DNA from: Gemmatimonadota bacterium | GTDB taxonomy: Bacteria > Gemmatimonadota > Gemmatimonadetes > Palauibacterales > Palauibacteraceae | DNA length: 64,000 nucleotides | Assembly: GCA_029262175.1 (NCBI GenBank) | Contig: JAJCZV010000072.1 | Coordinates: forward strand, 152,537-216,536 | Reading direction: 5' to 3' | Shown: piece after piece, positions 39,781-49,699 of the stretch | Position numbering within the stretch: the stretch's first letter is position 1 | Layout: each line of letters starts with the position of its first letter | Translations under genes and position numbers: made by a program | The notes under the pieces: generated by a model | Database searches by the model: none | What the model saw: the letters and a program-made list of their open reading frames with translations, nothing else | What the model was told of the DNA's origin: nothing

Positions 39781-40119
39781 CTAGTCGCCCAGCGGCAGTT
39801 CTCCGGCCTTGCCATTGGTCGAGGCCTTGGCGACGGATTCCAGCTGGGCAGCCAGGTCTGCGATTCGGTTCTGCACGGTATCGCTCAGACCGTCCACTTC
39901 TCGCCGAGTTTTGAACAACTCGTCGGTGATCTTGAGCGCCGCGAGAATGGCGGCCCGATGGGGCTCTACGATGTGGCCCCCCACGTGCGCCTCTTGGATG
40001 GCGTCGTCCACGTATTTCGCGCATTCGCGCGTGTAGTCCTCACCCAGATCCGTGCGAATCTGGTACTCCTCCCCAAAGATCATGACCCGGACCGGGCTCG
40101 CTGCCTTCTTGGCACTCAT
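39781..40119 (-). CDS. zapA: cell division protein ZapA
   Basis: 112 aa; VRVMIFGEEYQIRTDLGEDYTRECAKYVDDAIQE... matches ZapA fold/length. Confidence 0.75.
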   Translation of the reverse strand: MSAKKAASPVRVMIFGEEYQIRTDLGEDYTRECAKYVDDAIQEAHVGGHIVEPHRAAILAALKITDELFKTRREVDGLSDTVQNRIADLAAQLESVAKASTNGKAGELPLGD

Positions 40120-40424
40120 ACCTCATCCTCCACCACGGACAAACGGCTTCGGAGCGTCTCCGCCTTGGCCCGCGCTTTGGTCAATGCGTCCCTGAGACGC
40201 TCATTCTCGGCCGCAACCTGCCTGAGCCGTTCCTCGAGGTCCCCCGAGGACGTGCTCGCAGACCCGCTGACGACTTCTCGCAGCTGTCCATACTCGGACT
40301 CCGCCTGCTCCGCACGCTGCTTGGTCGCCCCGTATTCGACGGCTACGCGGTCGACCGCCACCGAAAGGCGGTCGAGTACGGCTTGGACTTGCCGCTGACG
40401 GCTAGGCGCTTCTGACTTTGGCAT
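40116..40424 (-). CDS. coiled-coil hypothetical protein upstream of zapA (ZapB-like cell-division coiled coil possible)
   Basis: 102 aa, almost entirely heptad-like charged helix; 4-nt overlap with zapA; overlaps pheT 3' end by 23 nt. Confidence 0.45.
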   Translation of the reverse strand: MPKSEAPSRQRQVQAVLDRLSVAVDRVAVEYGATKQRAEQAESEYGQLREVVSGSASTSSGDLEERLRQVAAENERLRDALTKARAKAETLRSRLSVVEDEV

Positions 40425-42846
40425 CGAACTGTTCCTCTAAGGCATCGGAGAGCAAACGCATCTCCGATTCGACTTCTTCGTCGGTCAGCGTACGGTCGGG
40501 CGCCCGGAAACGAAATGCCCACCCCAACGCTCGCCGCCCCTCCCCCAGCTCCTCGCCGGCGTAGACGTCGAACAGCCTGACGTTTACGAGGAGGTCGGTC
40601 GCGACTGACCGCACTGCGGCTTCAACGTCTCCGGCTCGAACATCCGCCGGTATGGTCACCGAAAGATCCCGACGCACGGACGGGAATTGCGAGGTTACTC
40701 GGTACGTCGCGTGGCGGACCGGCTCCACGGCGTCGAGACGCAACTCGAACGCCAACACTGGCGCGGCCCAAGGAGGCCCGTCGACCGCGGAGGCACGAAC
40801 GAGCCCGCCGATGCCCACGATGGCTCCGTCTTTCTCGACCCGGAATCCATCTGGTGCGAGCCACCCGCCCGCCAGGAAGGGATCATCGGAGGCCTCAGAC
40901 CCCGCGGTCACCAAAGAGCCGCAAAGCCGGTGAGCGAGCCGCTCGGCGATCCCTTTTATATCCCACAACTCGAGATCGGGGACCGGACCGGACCAGTGGC
41001 CGGGTCGACGGCCTCCGGTCATCACGACCCCCACGCGGCGTTGTTCTCGGAACTGATCGGGCGTCTCTCCGTAGTCGAACACCGTCCCGATCTCGAACAG
41101 GCGCACGTTGCGATGCCGCCGGCTGAAATTGTGCTCGAGTCGACGGAGGAGGACCGGGACCATGGCCGCGCGCAGGTAGCTCTCCTCGTTCGACAGCGGG
41201 TTCGGCACCGCGACGATGGCCCGGTTTCCCAGGTGATCGCCCGGCATGAAGCTCAGGCTACGGGCTTCGAGTAGCCCTTCAGCCACCAACTCGCGGCGCA
41301 CTCGCGCCGCAGCGCCTACGCTCTCATCCTCGGGGACGGAGCTGGTCCGAAACCGGCGATCGGCATCGGGAAATCTCTCGTACCCGACTCTGCGAGCCAC
41401 TTCTTCCACTAGGTCGATCTCGCGGGTGATGTCGGTTCGCCAACCGGGGACCTGGATCTGGAGAACATCCTCAGCGCCCCCCCCGCTGGTCTCGGACTCG
41501 ACCTCTCTCAAACCGATCGGTTCCAAGTGCGTGGCCACGTCGGCCCGCCCCAGATCCAGACCGAGGACCTGCTTGACCCGGGACAGGCGGAGCTTCTGAA
41601 CGGGGGGCCGCGTCGGAGCCGGCCCCACGCGGATCGCCTCCGCCTCCGCCTCGCCACCTGCCGTGGCGAGGATCAGTTCGACGCAGCGTTTGAGCGCGTG
41701 CTCCCCGGCGTGAACGTCGATCCCCCGTTCGAAGCGATACGAGGCATCGGTGGACAGCCCCGTCTCGCGGGCCGTTCGGCGCACGGCGGCGGGGTCGAAC
41801 GCGGCGCACTCGATCACGACGTCGACGGTCTCGGTCGTCACCTCCGTATCGAGCCCTCCCATGACACCGGCCAGCGCCCCTGCACGGTCCCGATCCGCAA
41901 TCACCGAGGCGGCGGACGTCAATTTGTGGGTCTGTCCGTCGAGCGTGGTCACCTGCTCCCCGTCGGTCGCCGCGCGCACCCTGATCTCCGAACCGTTGAG
42001 CGTCTTCAGGTCGAAGGCGTGGAGGGGTTGGTTTTGCTCGAGCAGGACATAGTTGGTGGCGTCGACCACGTTGTTGATCGGGCGCGCGCCGACCGCCATA
42101 AGACGACCCACCAACCAGGTTGGCGATGGACCCACTCGGACCCCGCGCACCACGGCGGCTAGATACCGCGAGCAGCGATCGGGGGCCTCGATGCGAACGC
42201 GGAGGCCAGCGCCGGACGCCTCGTCATCTCCGTCACGCCAAGCGGGGTCCCAGCTCGTCCCGAAGTCGCGCTCCCTGAGAGCCTCCGCAGGAGCCGCCAG
42301 CTCTCGGGCCACGCCGACGTGACAGCCGAGGTCCACGCGATTCGGGTTGAGGTCGAGCGCCAGCCGCGTGTCCGGGAGCCCTAGCGCCTCCCCCACGGAC
42401 GTTCCGGGGACGATGTCGTCGGCCAGCCGCATGATCCCGCCCTTATCGCGCCCAAGCTCTAACTCTATGTCCGAACACAACATACCATGACTCAGCTCGC
42501 CTCGAATCTTGCGGCTTTCGATGGCGAATCCACTCGGGAGCGTCCCGCCCGGGGCGACGTGCGGATATAGGGCGCCCTTCACGATCACCGGCGCTCCGCA
42601 GACCACGTCGAGTGGAGCTCCGTCCCCCCGGTCGACTTTGCACAGGCTGAGTCGGTCGGCATTCGGGTGCGGCCCCACCTCGAGCACGCGCGCGGCGACG
42701 ATGCCGTCGAGACCCTCGCCAACGGGCTCGATCTTTTCGACGGCCGCCGCAATGAGCGTCAGGTGCTCGGCGACCGTCTTGGCATCCCCCTGGAACGAAG
42801 CCTCGAGATCCACCAGCTCCGCAAGCCAGTTGAACGAGAGGTTCAC
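40402..42846 (-). CDS. pheT: phenylalanine--tRNA ligase beta subunit
   Basis: Long ORF to 43071 but the upstream part is antisense-free junk; PheT begins [14 protein letters not shown]; GTG at 42846 overlaps the pheS stop as GTGA; B3/B4, B5 and anticodon-binding domains recognisable. Confidence 0.85.
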   Translation of the reverse strand: MNLSFNWLAELVDLEASFQGDAKTVAEHLTLIAAAVEKIEPVGEGLDGIVAARVLEVGPHPNADRLSLCKVDRGDGAPLDVVCGAPVIVKGALYPHVAPGGTLPSGFAIESRKIRGELSHGMLCSDIELELGRDKGGIMRLADDIVPGTSVGEALGLPDTRLALDLNPNRVDLGCHVGVARELAAPAEALRERDFGTSWDPAWRDGDDEASGAGLRVRIEAPDRCSRYLAAVVRGVRVGPSPTWLVGRLMAVGARPINNVVDATNYVLLEQNQPLHAFDLKTLNGSEIRVRAATDGEQVTTLDGQTHKLTSAASVIADRDRAGALAGVMGGLDTEVTTETVDVVIECAAFDPAAVRRTARETGLSTDASYRFERGIDVHAGEHALKRCVELILATAGGEAEAEAIRVGPAPTRPPVQKLRLSRVKQVLGLDLGRADVATHLEPIGLREVESETSGGGAEDVLQIQVPGWRTDITREIDLVEEVARRVGYERFPDADRRFRTSSVPEDESVGAAARVRRELVAEGLLEARSLSFMPGDHLGNRAIVAVPNPLSNEESYLRAAMVPVLLRRLEHNFSRRHRNVRLFEIGTVFDYGETPDQFREQRRVGVVMTGGRRPGHWSGPVPDLELWDIKGIAERLAHRLCGSLVTAGSEASDDPFLAGGWLAPDGFRVEKDGAIVGIGGLVRASAVDGPPWAAPVLAFELRLDAVEPVRHATYRVTSQFPSVRRDLSVTIPADVRAGDVEAAVRSVATDLLVNVRLFDVYAGEELGEGRRALGWAFRFRAPDRTLTDEEVESEMRLLSDALEEQFDAKVRSA

Positions 42847-43880
42847 GCCATCTGCTCCAGAAAGTCCAACTCCCCTTCGTAGAGCAGCCGCATGTCCGGG
42901 ATTCCGTGGCGTACCATCGCGATTCTGGCCGGGCCCATCCCGAATGCGTATCCCGTGTATCGCTCGGGGTCGATCCCTACGGCCTCGAAGACGGCCGGGT
43001 CGACCATTCCGCTGCCCATGATCGTGATCCATCCGGTGCGCTTGCAGGTGGGGCAGCCGCTCCCGCTGCACACGGTGCAGGACACGTCGACCTCCGCCGA
43101 AGGCTCGGTGAACGGGTAATACGACGGCCGAAAACGGCTCCGCGTGTCCTTGCCAAAGAACTGCTTGACGAAGTGTTGGATCGAGGATCGGAACTCGATG
43201 AAGTCGATCCCCTCATCCACCGCGAGCCCCTCGATCTGCTCGAACGCTGGTGCGTGTGAAGGGTCAAACGAGTCGCGACGATACGCGAGGCCCGGGACCA
43301 GCACCCGCACGGGGGGCTCATGGGCCTCCATCACGCGTGCCTGCATGGGAGACGTATGGGTCCGCAAAACCACGTCGTCGTGCAGATAGAACGTATCCAT
43401 CATGTCGGCGGCGGGATGGTCGAGCGGGATGTTGAGGGCCGTGAAGTTGTACCACGTCGTCTCGATCTCCGGGCCTTCGACACGAGTGAATCCCAAGTCC
43501 TGGAAGATCTCGGCGATCTCATCGATGACGCGCGTCACCGGGTGAAGCCCGCCGACCCAGCTTCGCCGCGCGGGAAGCGTCGTATCGAGCCGGGGTCCCT
43601 TCCCCGCGGCCTCCGCGTCGCTGAGCCGTCGGGTTTCGTCTTCCAGCGCCGCCAAGAGTGCCGTCTTCACGGCGTTCGCGCGTTGGCCTACCTCTCGGCG
43701 AGCCTTCGCCTCGACCGTACCGATCGCCCCCATGGCGTCGGCCAGCCGGCCGTTTCTACCGAGGTAGTCGACCCGAGCAGTTTCGAGCGCGTCGGAGTCC
43801 CCCGCCGCTCGGATCGCCACCAGCCCCTGCTCTTCCAGCGCGGCCAGACGATCGAGGAGCGATGCCCCGACTTCGGTCAT
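42843..43880 (-). CDS. pheS: phenylalanine--tRNA ligase alpha subunit
   Basis: 345 aa; class II motifs ([24 protein letters not shown]...). Confidence 0.9.
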   Translation of the reverse strand: MTEVGASLLDRLAALEEQGLVAIRAAGDSDALETARVDYLGRNGRLADAMGAIGTVEAKARREVGQRANAVKTALLAALEDETRRLSDAEAAGKGPRLDTTLPARRSWVGGLHPVTRVIDEIAEIFQDLGFTRVEGPEIETTWYNFTALNIPLDHPAADMMDTFYLHDDVVLRTHTSPMQARVMEAHEPPVRVLVPGLAYRRDSFDPSHAPAFEQIEGLAVDEGIDFIEFRSSIQHFVKQFFGKDTRSRFRPSYYPFTEPSAEVDVSCTVCSGSGCPTCKRTGWITIMGSGMVDPAVFEAVGIDPERYTGYAFGMGPARIAMVRHGIPDMRLLYEGELDFLEQMA

Positions 43881-44233
43881 TGCGCGTGCGCTTTGGCTAC
43901 CTCGGCAAGCTCGGTAAAGGCGGCAGGGTCACGGACCGCGAGATCCGCGAGAACTTTTCGGTTGAGCTCGACTTCGGCGATCTTGAGACCGTTGACGAAG
44001 CGAGAGTAGGTGATCCCGTTCAGCCGGGCCGCGGCGTTGATCCGGGCGATCCACAGTCGACGGAAATTTCTCTTTTTCTTCCTACGGTCCGCGTAGGCGT
44101 AGGCCCAACCACGTTCGACCGAATTCTTGGCCGTCCGATACAGCTTTGATCGCGCACCGAATTGGCCGCGAGCCTGTTTTAGGATCTTCTTTTTACGCTT
44201 GTTTCTAGCAACGCTATTCGTCGCACGCGGCAT
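43877..44233 (-). CDS. rplT: 50S ribosomal protein L20
   Basis: 118 aa [73 protein letters not shown]. Confidence 0.95.
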   Translation of the reverse strand: MPRATNSVARNKRKKKILKQARGQFGARSKLYRTAKNSVERGWAYAYADRRKKKRNFRRLWIARINAAARLNGITYSRFVNGLKIAEVELNRKVLADLAVRDPAAFTELAEVAKAHAQ

Positions 44234-44321
44234 GGCCGCACCTCCTACTCAAATCGTTCTAGAGCGAGCGCGTTTCAGGGAAAGCGCTCGCAGTCGATGT
44301 TGCTTGGGGATCTTCGATCGG

Positions 44322-44516
44322 CTATGCGCCGAGCAGCCGCTTCACGCGTTTCTCATCCGCTTTGGCGACCAGCGTGCCTGAACGCAATCGACGCTTACGC
44401 TTCGACGATTTCTTTGTGAGAATGTGGCTGTGGAACGCGCGTTGACGTCGAAACTTTCCGCTGCCCGTCTTACGGAATCGCTTCGCCGCCGAACGGTTCG
44501 TTTTTACTTTCGGCAT
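44322..44516 (-). CDS. rpmI: 50S ribosomal protein L35
   Basis: 64 aa [33 protein letters not shown]... Confidence 0.9.
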   Translation of the reverse strand: MPKVKTNRSAAKRFRKTGSGKFRRQRAFHSHILTKKSSKRKRRLRSGTLVAKADEKRVKRLLGA

Positions 44517-44552
44517 CGTTCGGAACGCTCCCTTTTATCATGCGAACCACCC

Positions 44553-45068
44553 TCAGTGTGTTCGGGTCGGTCCCATCAACATGGTCATTGTGCGACCCTC
44601 GTGTCGGATATCCGATTCGACGACCGCTATGTCTACTAACTCCGCTTTCACCTGCTCCAGCAGCGTACGCCCTCGATCCGGATGCGTGACTTCACGGCCC
44701 CGAAACATGAGCGTAAACTTCACTTTGTCGCCCTCCTCCAAGAATCGCCGCGCATGACGCATCTTGAACTCGATGTCATGCGTTTCGATCTTCGGGCGCA
44801 GCTTGACCTCCTTGACGTGGATGACATGCTGCTTCTTCTTTGCCTCCCGCGCCTTCCTCGCCTCTTCGTATTTATACTTCCCGAAGTCCATGAGGCGGCA
44901 GACAGGGGGGCGAGCGCCTGGTGCGACTTCGACCAGGTCGAGCCCGCGCTCGGTTGCGAGAGCCCGTGCCTCGTCGGTCGCGACAATCCCGAGTTGTTCA
45001 CCTTCTTCGTCGATCAACCGGATCGGACTGATGCGAATTCGATCGTTGACTCTTGGTTCTTCGTTCAC
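44553..45068 (-). CDS. infC: translation initiation factor IF-3
   Basis: IF3 N- and C-domains (RISPIRLIDEEGEQLGIV..., PPVCRLMDFGKYKYEE..., VKLRPKIETHDIEFKMRHARRFLEEGDKVKF); probable start GTG 45068 preceded by gaggtgga; the ORF-track start at 45182 lies upstream of the leader hairpin. Confidence 0.8.
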   Translation of the reverse strand: MNEEPRVNDRIRISPIRLIDEEGEQLGIVATDEARALATERGLDLVEVAPGARPPVCRLMDFGKYKYEEARKAREAKKKQHVIHVKEVKLRPKIETHDIEFKMRHARRFLEEGDKVKFTLMFRGREVTHPDRGRTLLEQVKAELVDIAVVESDIRHEGRTMTMLMGPTRTH

Positions 45069-45110
45069 TCCACCTCGTTTGCTGCCCCCGCTTTCGGCGG
45101 GTGCTTTCGT

Positions 45111-45144
45111 AAAAAAAGCCCGGTTCGGCATATGCCGACCGGGC
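45111..45144 (-). terminator. terminator/attenuator-like hairpin + T-run in infC leader (between thrS and infC)
   Basis: Minus strand GCCCGGTCGGCATATGCCGAaCCGGGC followed by UUUUUUU, ~40 nt upstream of infC start; a second small hairpin CCCGCtttcGGCGGG lies just downstream of it. Confidence 0.5.
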
Positions 45145-45315
45145 GATAGCGCATGCCGTCCCCGAAGGGACCACGCGTCCATCTAACCCGACAGCAGCGC
45201 TGGTCAGCGCGCCAAAAGGGTGGGGGCGATGGCCCCGCTTGCCTTGATTTCTAACTCCGCAAAGGTGGACCGGAGTGGCGGCCTTGTCAACGTGGGCCGG
45301 GCGGATCGAGACCGG

Positions 45316-47262
45316 TCAGTTCTGCAGCGATTTGGACTCGACCCGCTCCCGGAGACGGTCGACAAAGTCGTCCACCGGCATGATCACCTGTTTCTTGTCG
45401 GCCCCCCGGGCCCGCACCGCGACCGTGCCGGCTTCGATCTCGCGCTCCCCGACGACCAGAAGATAGGGCACTTTCTGTAGCTCCCCATCGCGGATCCGGT
45501 ACCCCAGGGTATCAGACCGAGAATCCAGCTCCACCCGATAGCCCTCCGACTCGAGTCGGTCGAGGACTGCCCGGGCGCCCTCTTCATGTGCGTCGGTGAT
45601 CGGCAGGACTCGGACCTGCACGGGAGCCAACCACGGTGGGAACGCCCCGGCGAAGTGCTCGATGAGCACACCCGTGAAACGCTCGAGCGTACCAAAAATG
45701 GCTCGGTGAATCATGACCGGCCGGTGGGTTTGATTGTCCGCCCCGACGTACTCGAGGTCGAACCGCTCCGGCAGGTTGAAGTCGAGCTGGATCGTCGCAC
45801 CCTGCCACTCGCGGCCGATCGCGTCTTTGAACTTGATGTCGATCTTAGGGCCGTAAAAGGCGCCGCCCCCTTCATCCAGTCCGTACTCCAGCTCGGCTCG
45901 ATCCAACGCCTGGTGAAGTGCTTCCTCGGCGCGATCCCACAACTCGTCGTCTCCGATCCGTTTTTCTCCATCGGGACGGGTCGAAAGGTCGAATCGATAT
46001 TCCAGCCCCAACGTCGACATCACGATGTCGACGAGTTCCAAGCACGTGAAGATCTCCGGCTCTACTTGTTCCGGCGTACAGAACACGTGTCCGTCATCCA
46101 TGGTGAGCATGCGCACGCGCAGGAGTCCGTGCAGTGTCCCGGATCGTTCGTAGCGATACACATTGGCGATCTCCGACAGCCGAATCGGGAGATCGCGATA
46201 GCTACGGGGACGAGCGGCATAGATCGTCGTGTGCCCCGGGCAGTTCATCGGCTTGACCCGAAAGGCACCCTCTTCCCCATCGCCCTGCATGCTGGGGTAC
46301 ATGTTCTCGGCGTAGTTCGGGAGGTGTCCGGATTTGCGAAACAGAGCCTCGCTCGAGATATGCGGAGTGAACACGAACTCGTATTTTCGTGCCGTCAACA
46401 GGTCTTCGATCCAGCGTCGCAGCTCGAGTTGAAGGCGCGCACCCTTGGGGTGCCAGCAAACGAGGCCCGGACCGATGTCTTCTTGGATCGAGAACAGATC
46501 GAGTTCCTGACCGAGTCGTCGATGGTCGCGCTTTCGCGCCTCTTCGAGCCGCGTCACATACTCGTCGAGCGCCTGAGAAGTGTAGAAAGCGGTGCCGTAG
46601 ATCCGTTGCAGCATCTGGCGTTTTTCGTCCCCACGCCAATACGCACCGGCGGCATGAAGAAGCTTGAAGTGCTGGATCTCCCCCGTACTCGGAGCGTGTG
46701 GGCCTCGACACAAATCTAGAAACGGTCCGTTTTCGTATACCGAGATCGTCTCGTCGTCTGGAATCTCCTCTAGGCGCTCGAGTTTTAGAGGGTCGTCCGC
46801 GAACAAAGCCTTGGCCTCGCTCCGGTCCACGTCACGTCGCGCAAACGGATCGTCGGCTTCGATGACCTTGACCATCTCCGCCTGGATCGTCTCGATGTCC
46901 TCCGGAGTGAACGGTTCCGGGACTTCGAAGTCGTAGTAGAACCCCTCCTCGATCGGCGGTCCGAACCCGATCCCCGCCTCTGGATAGAGCTTGCGCACAG
47001 CGGTAGCCAGCGCATGAGCCGCGGAGTGTCGTAGCACGTAGAGCGCGTCCGGGTCGCTGTCTTTGCGGGTCACGATCGCCACGCTGGCGCCATCGGGCAG
47101 CGCGCGTCGCAGGTCGGCGAGTTCCCCGTTTACTCGAGCGGCAACGGCCGCCTTTGCCAGACCCGGACCGATGTCCGCAGCCAAGTCCGCCGCGGTCGCG
47201 CCAGAGGGGAGAGAGCGTGTAGAGGAATCCGGGAGAGAGATCGTAATCTGCGAATCGTTCAT
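45316..47262 (-). CDS. thrS: threonine--tRNA ligase
   Basis: 648 aa; TGS domain, class II core (…FRVKPMNCPGHTTIY…), anticodon-binding domain. Confidence 0.9.
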   Translation of the reverse strand: MNDSQITISLPDSSTRSLPSGATAADLAADIGPGLAKAAVAARVNGELADLRRALPDGASVAIVTRKDSDPDALYVLRHSAAHALATAVRKLYPEAGIGFGPPIEEGFYYDFEVPEPFTPEDIETIQAEMVKVIEADDPFARRDVDRSEAKALFADDPLKLERLEEIPDDETISVYENGPFLDLCRGPHAPSTGEIQHFKLLHAAGAYWRGDEKRQMLQRIYGTAFYTSQALDEYVTRLEEARKRDHRRLGQELDLFSIQEDIGPGLVCWHPKGARLQLELRRWIEDLLTARKYEFVFTPHISSEALFRKSGHLPNYAENMYPSMQGDGEEGAFRVKPMNCPGHTTIYAARPRSYRDLPIRLSEIANVYRYERSGTLHGLLRVRMLTMDDGHVFCTPEQVEPEIFTCLELVDIVMSTLGLEYRFDLSTRPDGEKRIGDDELWDRAEEALHQALDRAELEYGLDEGGGAFYGPKIDIKFKDAIGREWQGATIQLDFNLPERFDLEYVGADNQTHRPVMIHRAIFGTLERFTGVLIEHFAGAFPPWLAPVQVRVLPITDAHEEGARAVLDRLESEGYRVELDSRSDTLGYRIRDGELQKVPYLLVVGEREIEAGTVAVRARGADKKQVIMPVDDFVDRLRERVESKSLQN

Positions 47263-47387
47263 CGGCCTACCCGTCGATGGAACGCAAAAAGTCGACTCGG
47301 GAACCGAGCCGGAGAGCGAATGCGAAGCTAAGGTCTGAGCGGGAGCGTCGCCAAGAACACGGGCACCGCCTCACGTCACGGTTCGAC

Positions 47388-49184
47388 TCAGAACGTGCGG
47401 ACGATCGTGATCTGGATGTCGGAGTTGTCTGTAATCAGCGCGCCGGTTTGATCGCTCACCGTCATCCTGACAAGGGGCGTCTCCCGAGCCGCTTCCAATC
47501 GGATGTAGTAGACGCTGGAGGGGAGCAATTCGAAGGACTCGGTGAATCCGCCAGGGGGGAGCGTGCCAACACTCAGAATCGTCGGCGTCAGCGGAAACCC
47601 TGCGGGAAAGACGAGCTCGAACCCGTGATCGCGCGCATTTTCGAAGATCGCTTGGAGATTCCAAGTATCAAGCTCGAGGATCGGCGCCAGCGGCACGTCC
47701 GCGTCCGCGAAGTCATCCACTGCCGGCATCGCTGCATACTCGGACAACAACTGTTCCCACGTGGTGCTCACGCCGAGAGCGGACGACAAGGCGCTCTCGA
47801 TGTTCGACGTTGACTGCTGGAGCGAGGGTCCGCCCAGTGTGAGGGCACGGAAAAACGCCTCTTCACGCGTCGAACCTACGAGCCCAGGGGGCCCGCCCGC
47901 GGCGAACTTGTCTGCAACCCAACGCAGAAACAGGTAGCCGAATCCGCGGGCTCTGCTGAAGTCAGTCCGGGTGATCGGACCCGTCTGGATCAGCGGAACG
48001 TTGGTGGTCGACTCCAGGTAGTTGGCCATGATGGCGAGATCGCCGAGGTGGTAGCGTCGGAACCGCGCGTTGACCACCGGGTCGGCGAGATCCGCGAGAT
48101 CTAGGTTCGCCCCCGTGCGCAGGCCACCCACGAACAGACCCGTGACCTCCTCCGCGATGTGAGAGAGCCCCTCGTTGAGCCAGGGCTCGTCGACCGTGCC
48201 CAGTTCGCCGCCGCCCTCGAACGACCTGCGGCCGGCATGCACCAAATGCTGGAGCTCGTGGGCCAGTACCCCCACCAGTCGATCCTTGACCAGGCCGGTC
48301 GGAATGATGCCGCCAAAACGGCCCGTGGGGTCGGGACCGATCAACCAGAGAACCTCGCCCTCGTTGCTAGCCGCACAGTCTTCGACGGCGGCCAGATCCG
48401 AGGCCGTGAAGAAGCCGGCGGCGCCGAGTCGGTTGACTGCGGACGTGACGAGGACGATCACCACGCCGTTTCCGTCGACATCCGACGGCGCCCCGAAGTA
48501 CGCTTCGCTGATGGGAGCGACAAAGTTCTCGACCTCGGTTAGAAAAGTCGCGTATTCGCTTCCCGTGATCTTGCCGGCGATCGTCGTGTCTTCGACGATC
48601 GCGAAGCGCGAACTCACGGCGCGAACGACGCCCGTGACTCGCTCCGTGGATGTGCAGGTCTCGAGCGATCCATCGGCCGTCACCGGTGATCGGAGCTCCA
48701 TCGTCTGCCCGAGGATGGGCGCAGATTTTCGGGCGATCGTCGCGCGACGCGCTCCGACGAGTTCGCGCTGCACCCTATGCCGAAAGTCGACTTCGCCCGT
48801 CTGGTACCAGTCGTCCAGGACAAGGCGATCCCGCGGGGCGGTCGAGCGCGCGATGGGGTTCGAGCCAGACGGAACGGCGGAAACCGAGATGGGGTCCACG
48901 CGACGGACCGAGAAACGAAGCGGCAGTGCGCCTGAGGCGAGATCGCTGGCGTTCTGCACCGCCACCAAGAACGTCTGGGTCTCGCTGGCCGGAGGAAGAT
49001 CGACAGGTGCGACCGCCTGCGCCCCGGACAGCGTTTGGAACTCGCCGGCGGCGAGTCCGACGACGGTGCTCGGCGGTGGCGTAAAGAAATCAGCCGGAGG
49101 CGCGCTGATCGCGCTGGACTCGCACCCCGCGGCCACGAGCACCGACAGTAGGAGAATCGACGGACCCCGGTAGATCGGCCTCAA
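47388..49184 (-). CDS. lipoprotein with zincin-like HExxH…(25 aa)…NEGxxHxAEE motif pair (putative gluzincin-type metallopeptidase), paralog 1 of 4
   Basis: 598 aa; lipobox LLLSVLVAAGC; SNEGEVLWLIGPDPTG, VLAHELQHLVHAGRR, WLNEGLSHIAEEV. Confidence 0.6.
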   Translation of the reverse strand: MRPIYRGPSILLLSVLVAAGCESSAISAPPADFFTPPPSTVVGLAAGEFQTLSGAQAVAPVDLPPASETQTFLVAVQNASDLASGALPLRFSVRRVDPISVSAVPSGSNPIARSTAPRDRLVLDDWYQTGEVDFRHRVQRELVGARRATIARKSAPILGQTMELRSPVTADGSLETCTSTERVTGVVRAVSSRFAIVEDTTIAGKITGSEYATFLTEVENFVAPISEAYFGAPSDVDGNGVVIVLVTSAVNRLGAAGFFTASDLAAVEDCAASNEGEVLWLIGPDPTGRFGGIIPTGLVKDRLVGVLAHELQHLVHAGRRSFEGGGELGTVDEPWLNEGLSHIAEEVTGLFVGGLRTGANLDLADLADPVVNARFRRYHLGDLAIMANYLESTTNVPLIQTGPITRTDFSRARGFGYLFLRWVADKFAAGGPPGLVGSTREEAFFRALTLGGPSLQQSTSNIESALSSALGVSTTWEQLLSEYAAMPAVDDFADADVPLAPILELDTWNLQAIFENARDHGFELVFPAGFPLTPTILSVGTLPPGGFTESFELLPSSVYYIRLEAARETPLVRMTVSDQTGALITDNSDIQITIVRTF

Positions 49185-49699
49185 GAAACGGGCGCTCGAA
49201 GGATGCCATAGCGCGCCACGCCATCGTACTCATCGAGGACCACCCAAACGATGGACCCGACGTGGGTTTGAAGAGACTCCGATATCACCCCCACGCGACG
49301 CATCTCGCCAGCCGTCCCCGCCAGAAAAAAGCCGCCGTCATCTTCCTCGAGACGTCCAATCAATGGACGGTCTCCATCGACGGACAGAATCTCGTACGAG
49401 GTCGCCTCCAGCACCGTCTCGGAAAGCTGGCCCTTCTCATAGTGTCCAGTGATTCGAACCTGCGCGCCTGAAAGACGCTGAATCTCACTCCGGTAGGGTC
49501 CCGTCACGACCATGCCCTCACCAGCGTCCGGCTCGACCACCGCCTGAGAGAAGGGAGCACTGCCGACCACTCGCACGCGGCCCTCCACCGCCTCCGGACC
49601 GACGCTGCCGATCCAGGCGAATCCACTGGGGCGTGCCTCCCGAGCACAGGCCGACCCGGTCGCGGCGAGGCAAAGCGCGAACCCGACGGCGACTCTCAC
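49181..49699 (-). CDS. small secreted hypothetical protein embedded in the lipoprotein array
   Basis: 172 aa; signal peptide MRVAVGFALCLAATGSACA; 4-nt overlaps with both flanking paralogs. Confidence 0.5.
   Translation of the reverse strand: MRVAVGFALCLAATGSACAREARPSGFAWIGSVGPEAVEGRVRVVGSAPFSQAVVEPDAGEGMVVTGPYRSEIQRLSGAQVRITGHYEKGQLSETVLEATSYEILSVDGDRPLIGRLEEDDGGFFLAGTAGEMRRVGVISESLQTHVGSIVWVVLDEYDGVARYGILRAPVS

Noticed and set aside
42847-43071. N-terminal 75 codons of ORF 40402-43071 ([19 protein letters not shown]…)
   Set aside because: This stretch overlaps the pheS 3' end in another frame and is Arg/His-rich junk; PheT starts at the GTG ([11 protein letters not shown]) overlapping the pheS stop.
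47263-47387. T-box leader upstream of thrS
   Set aside because: Only 125 nt available, too short for a T-box (specifier + antiterminator) and no T-box consensus (AATTAGGGTGGNACCGCG) seen.
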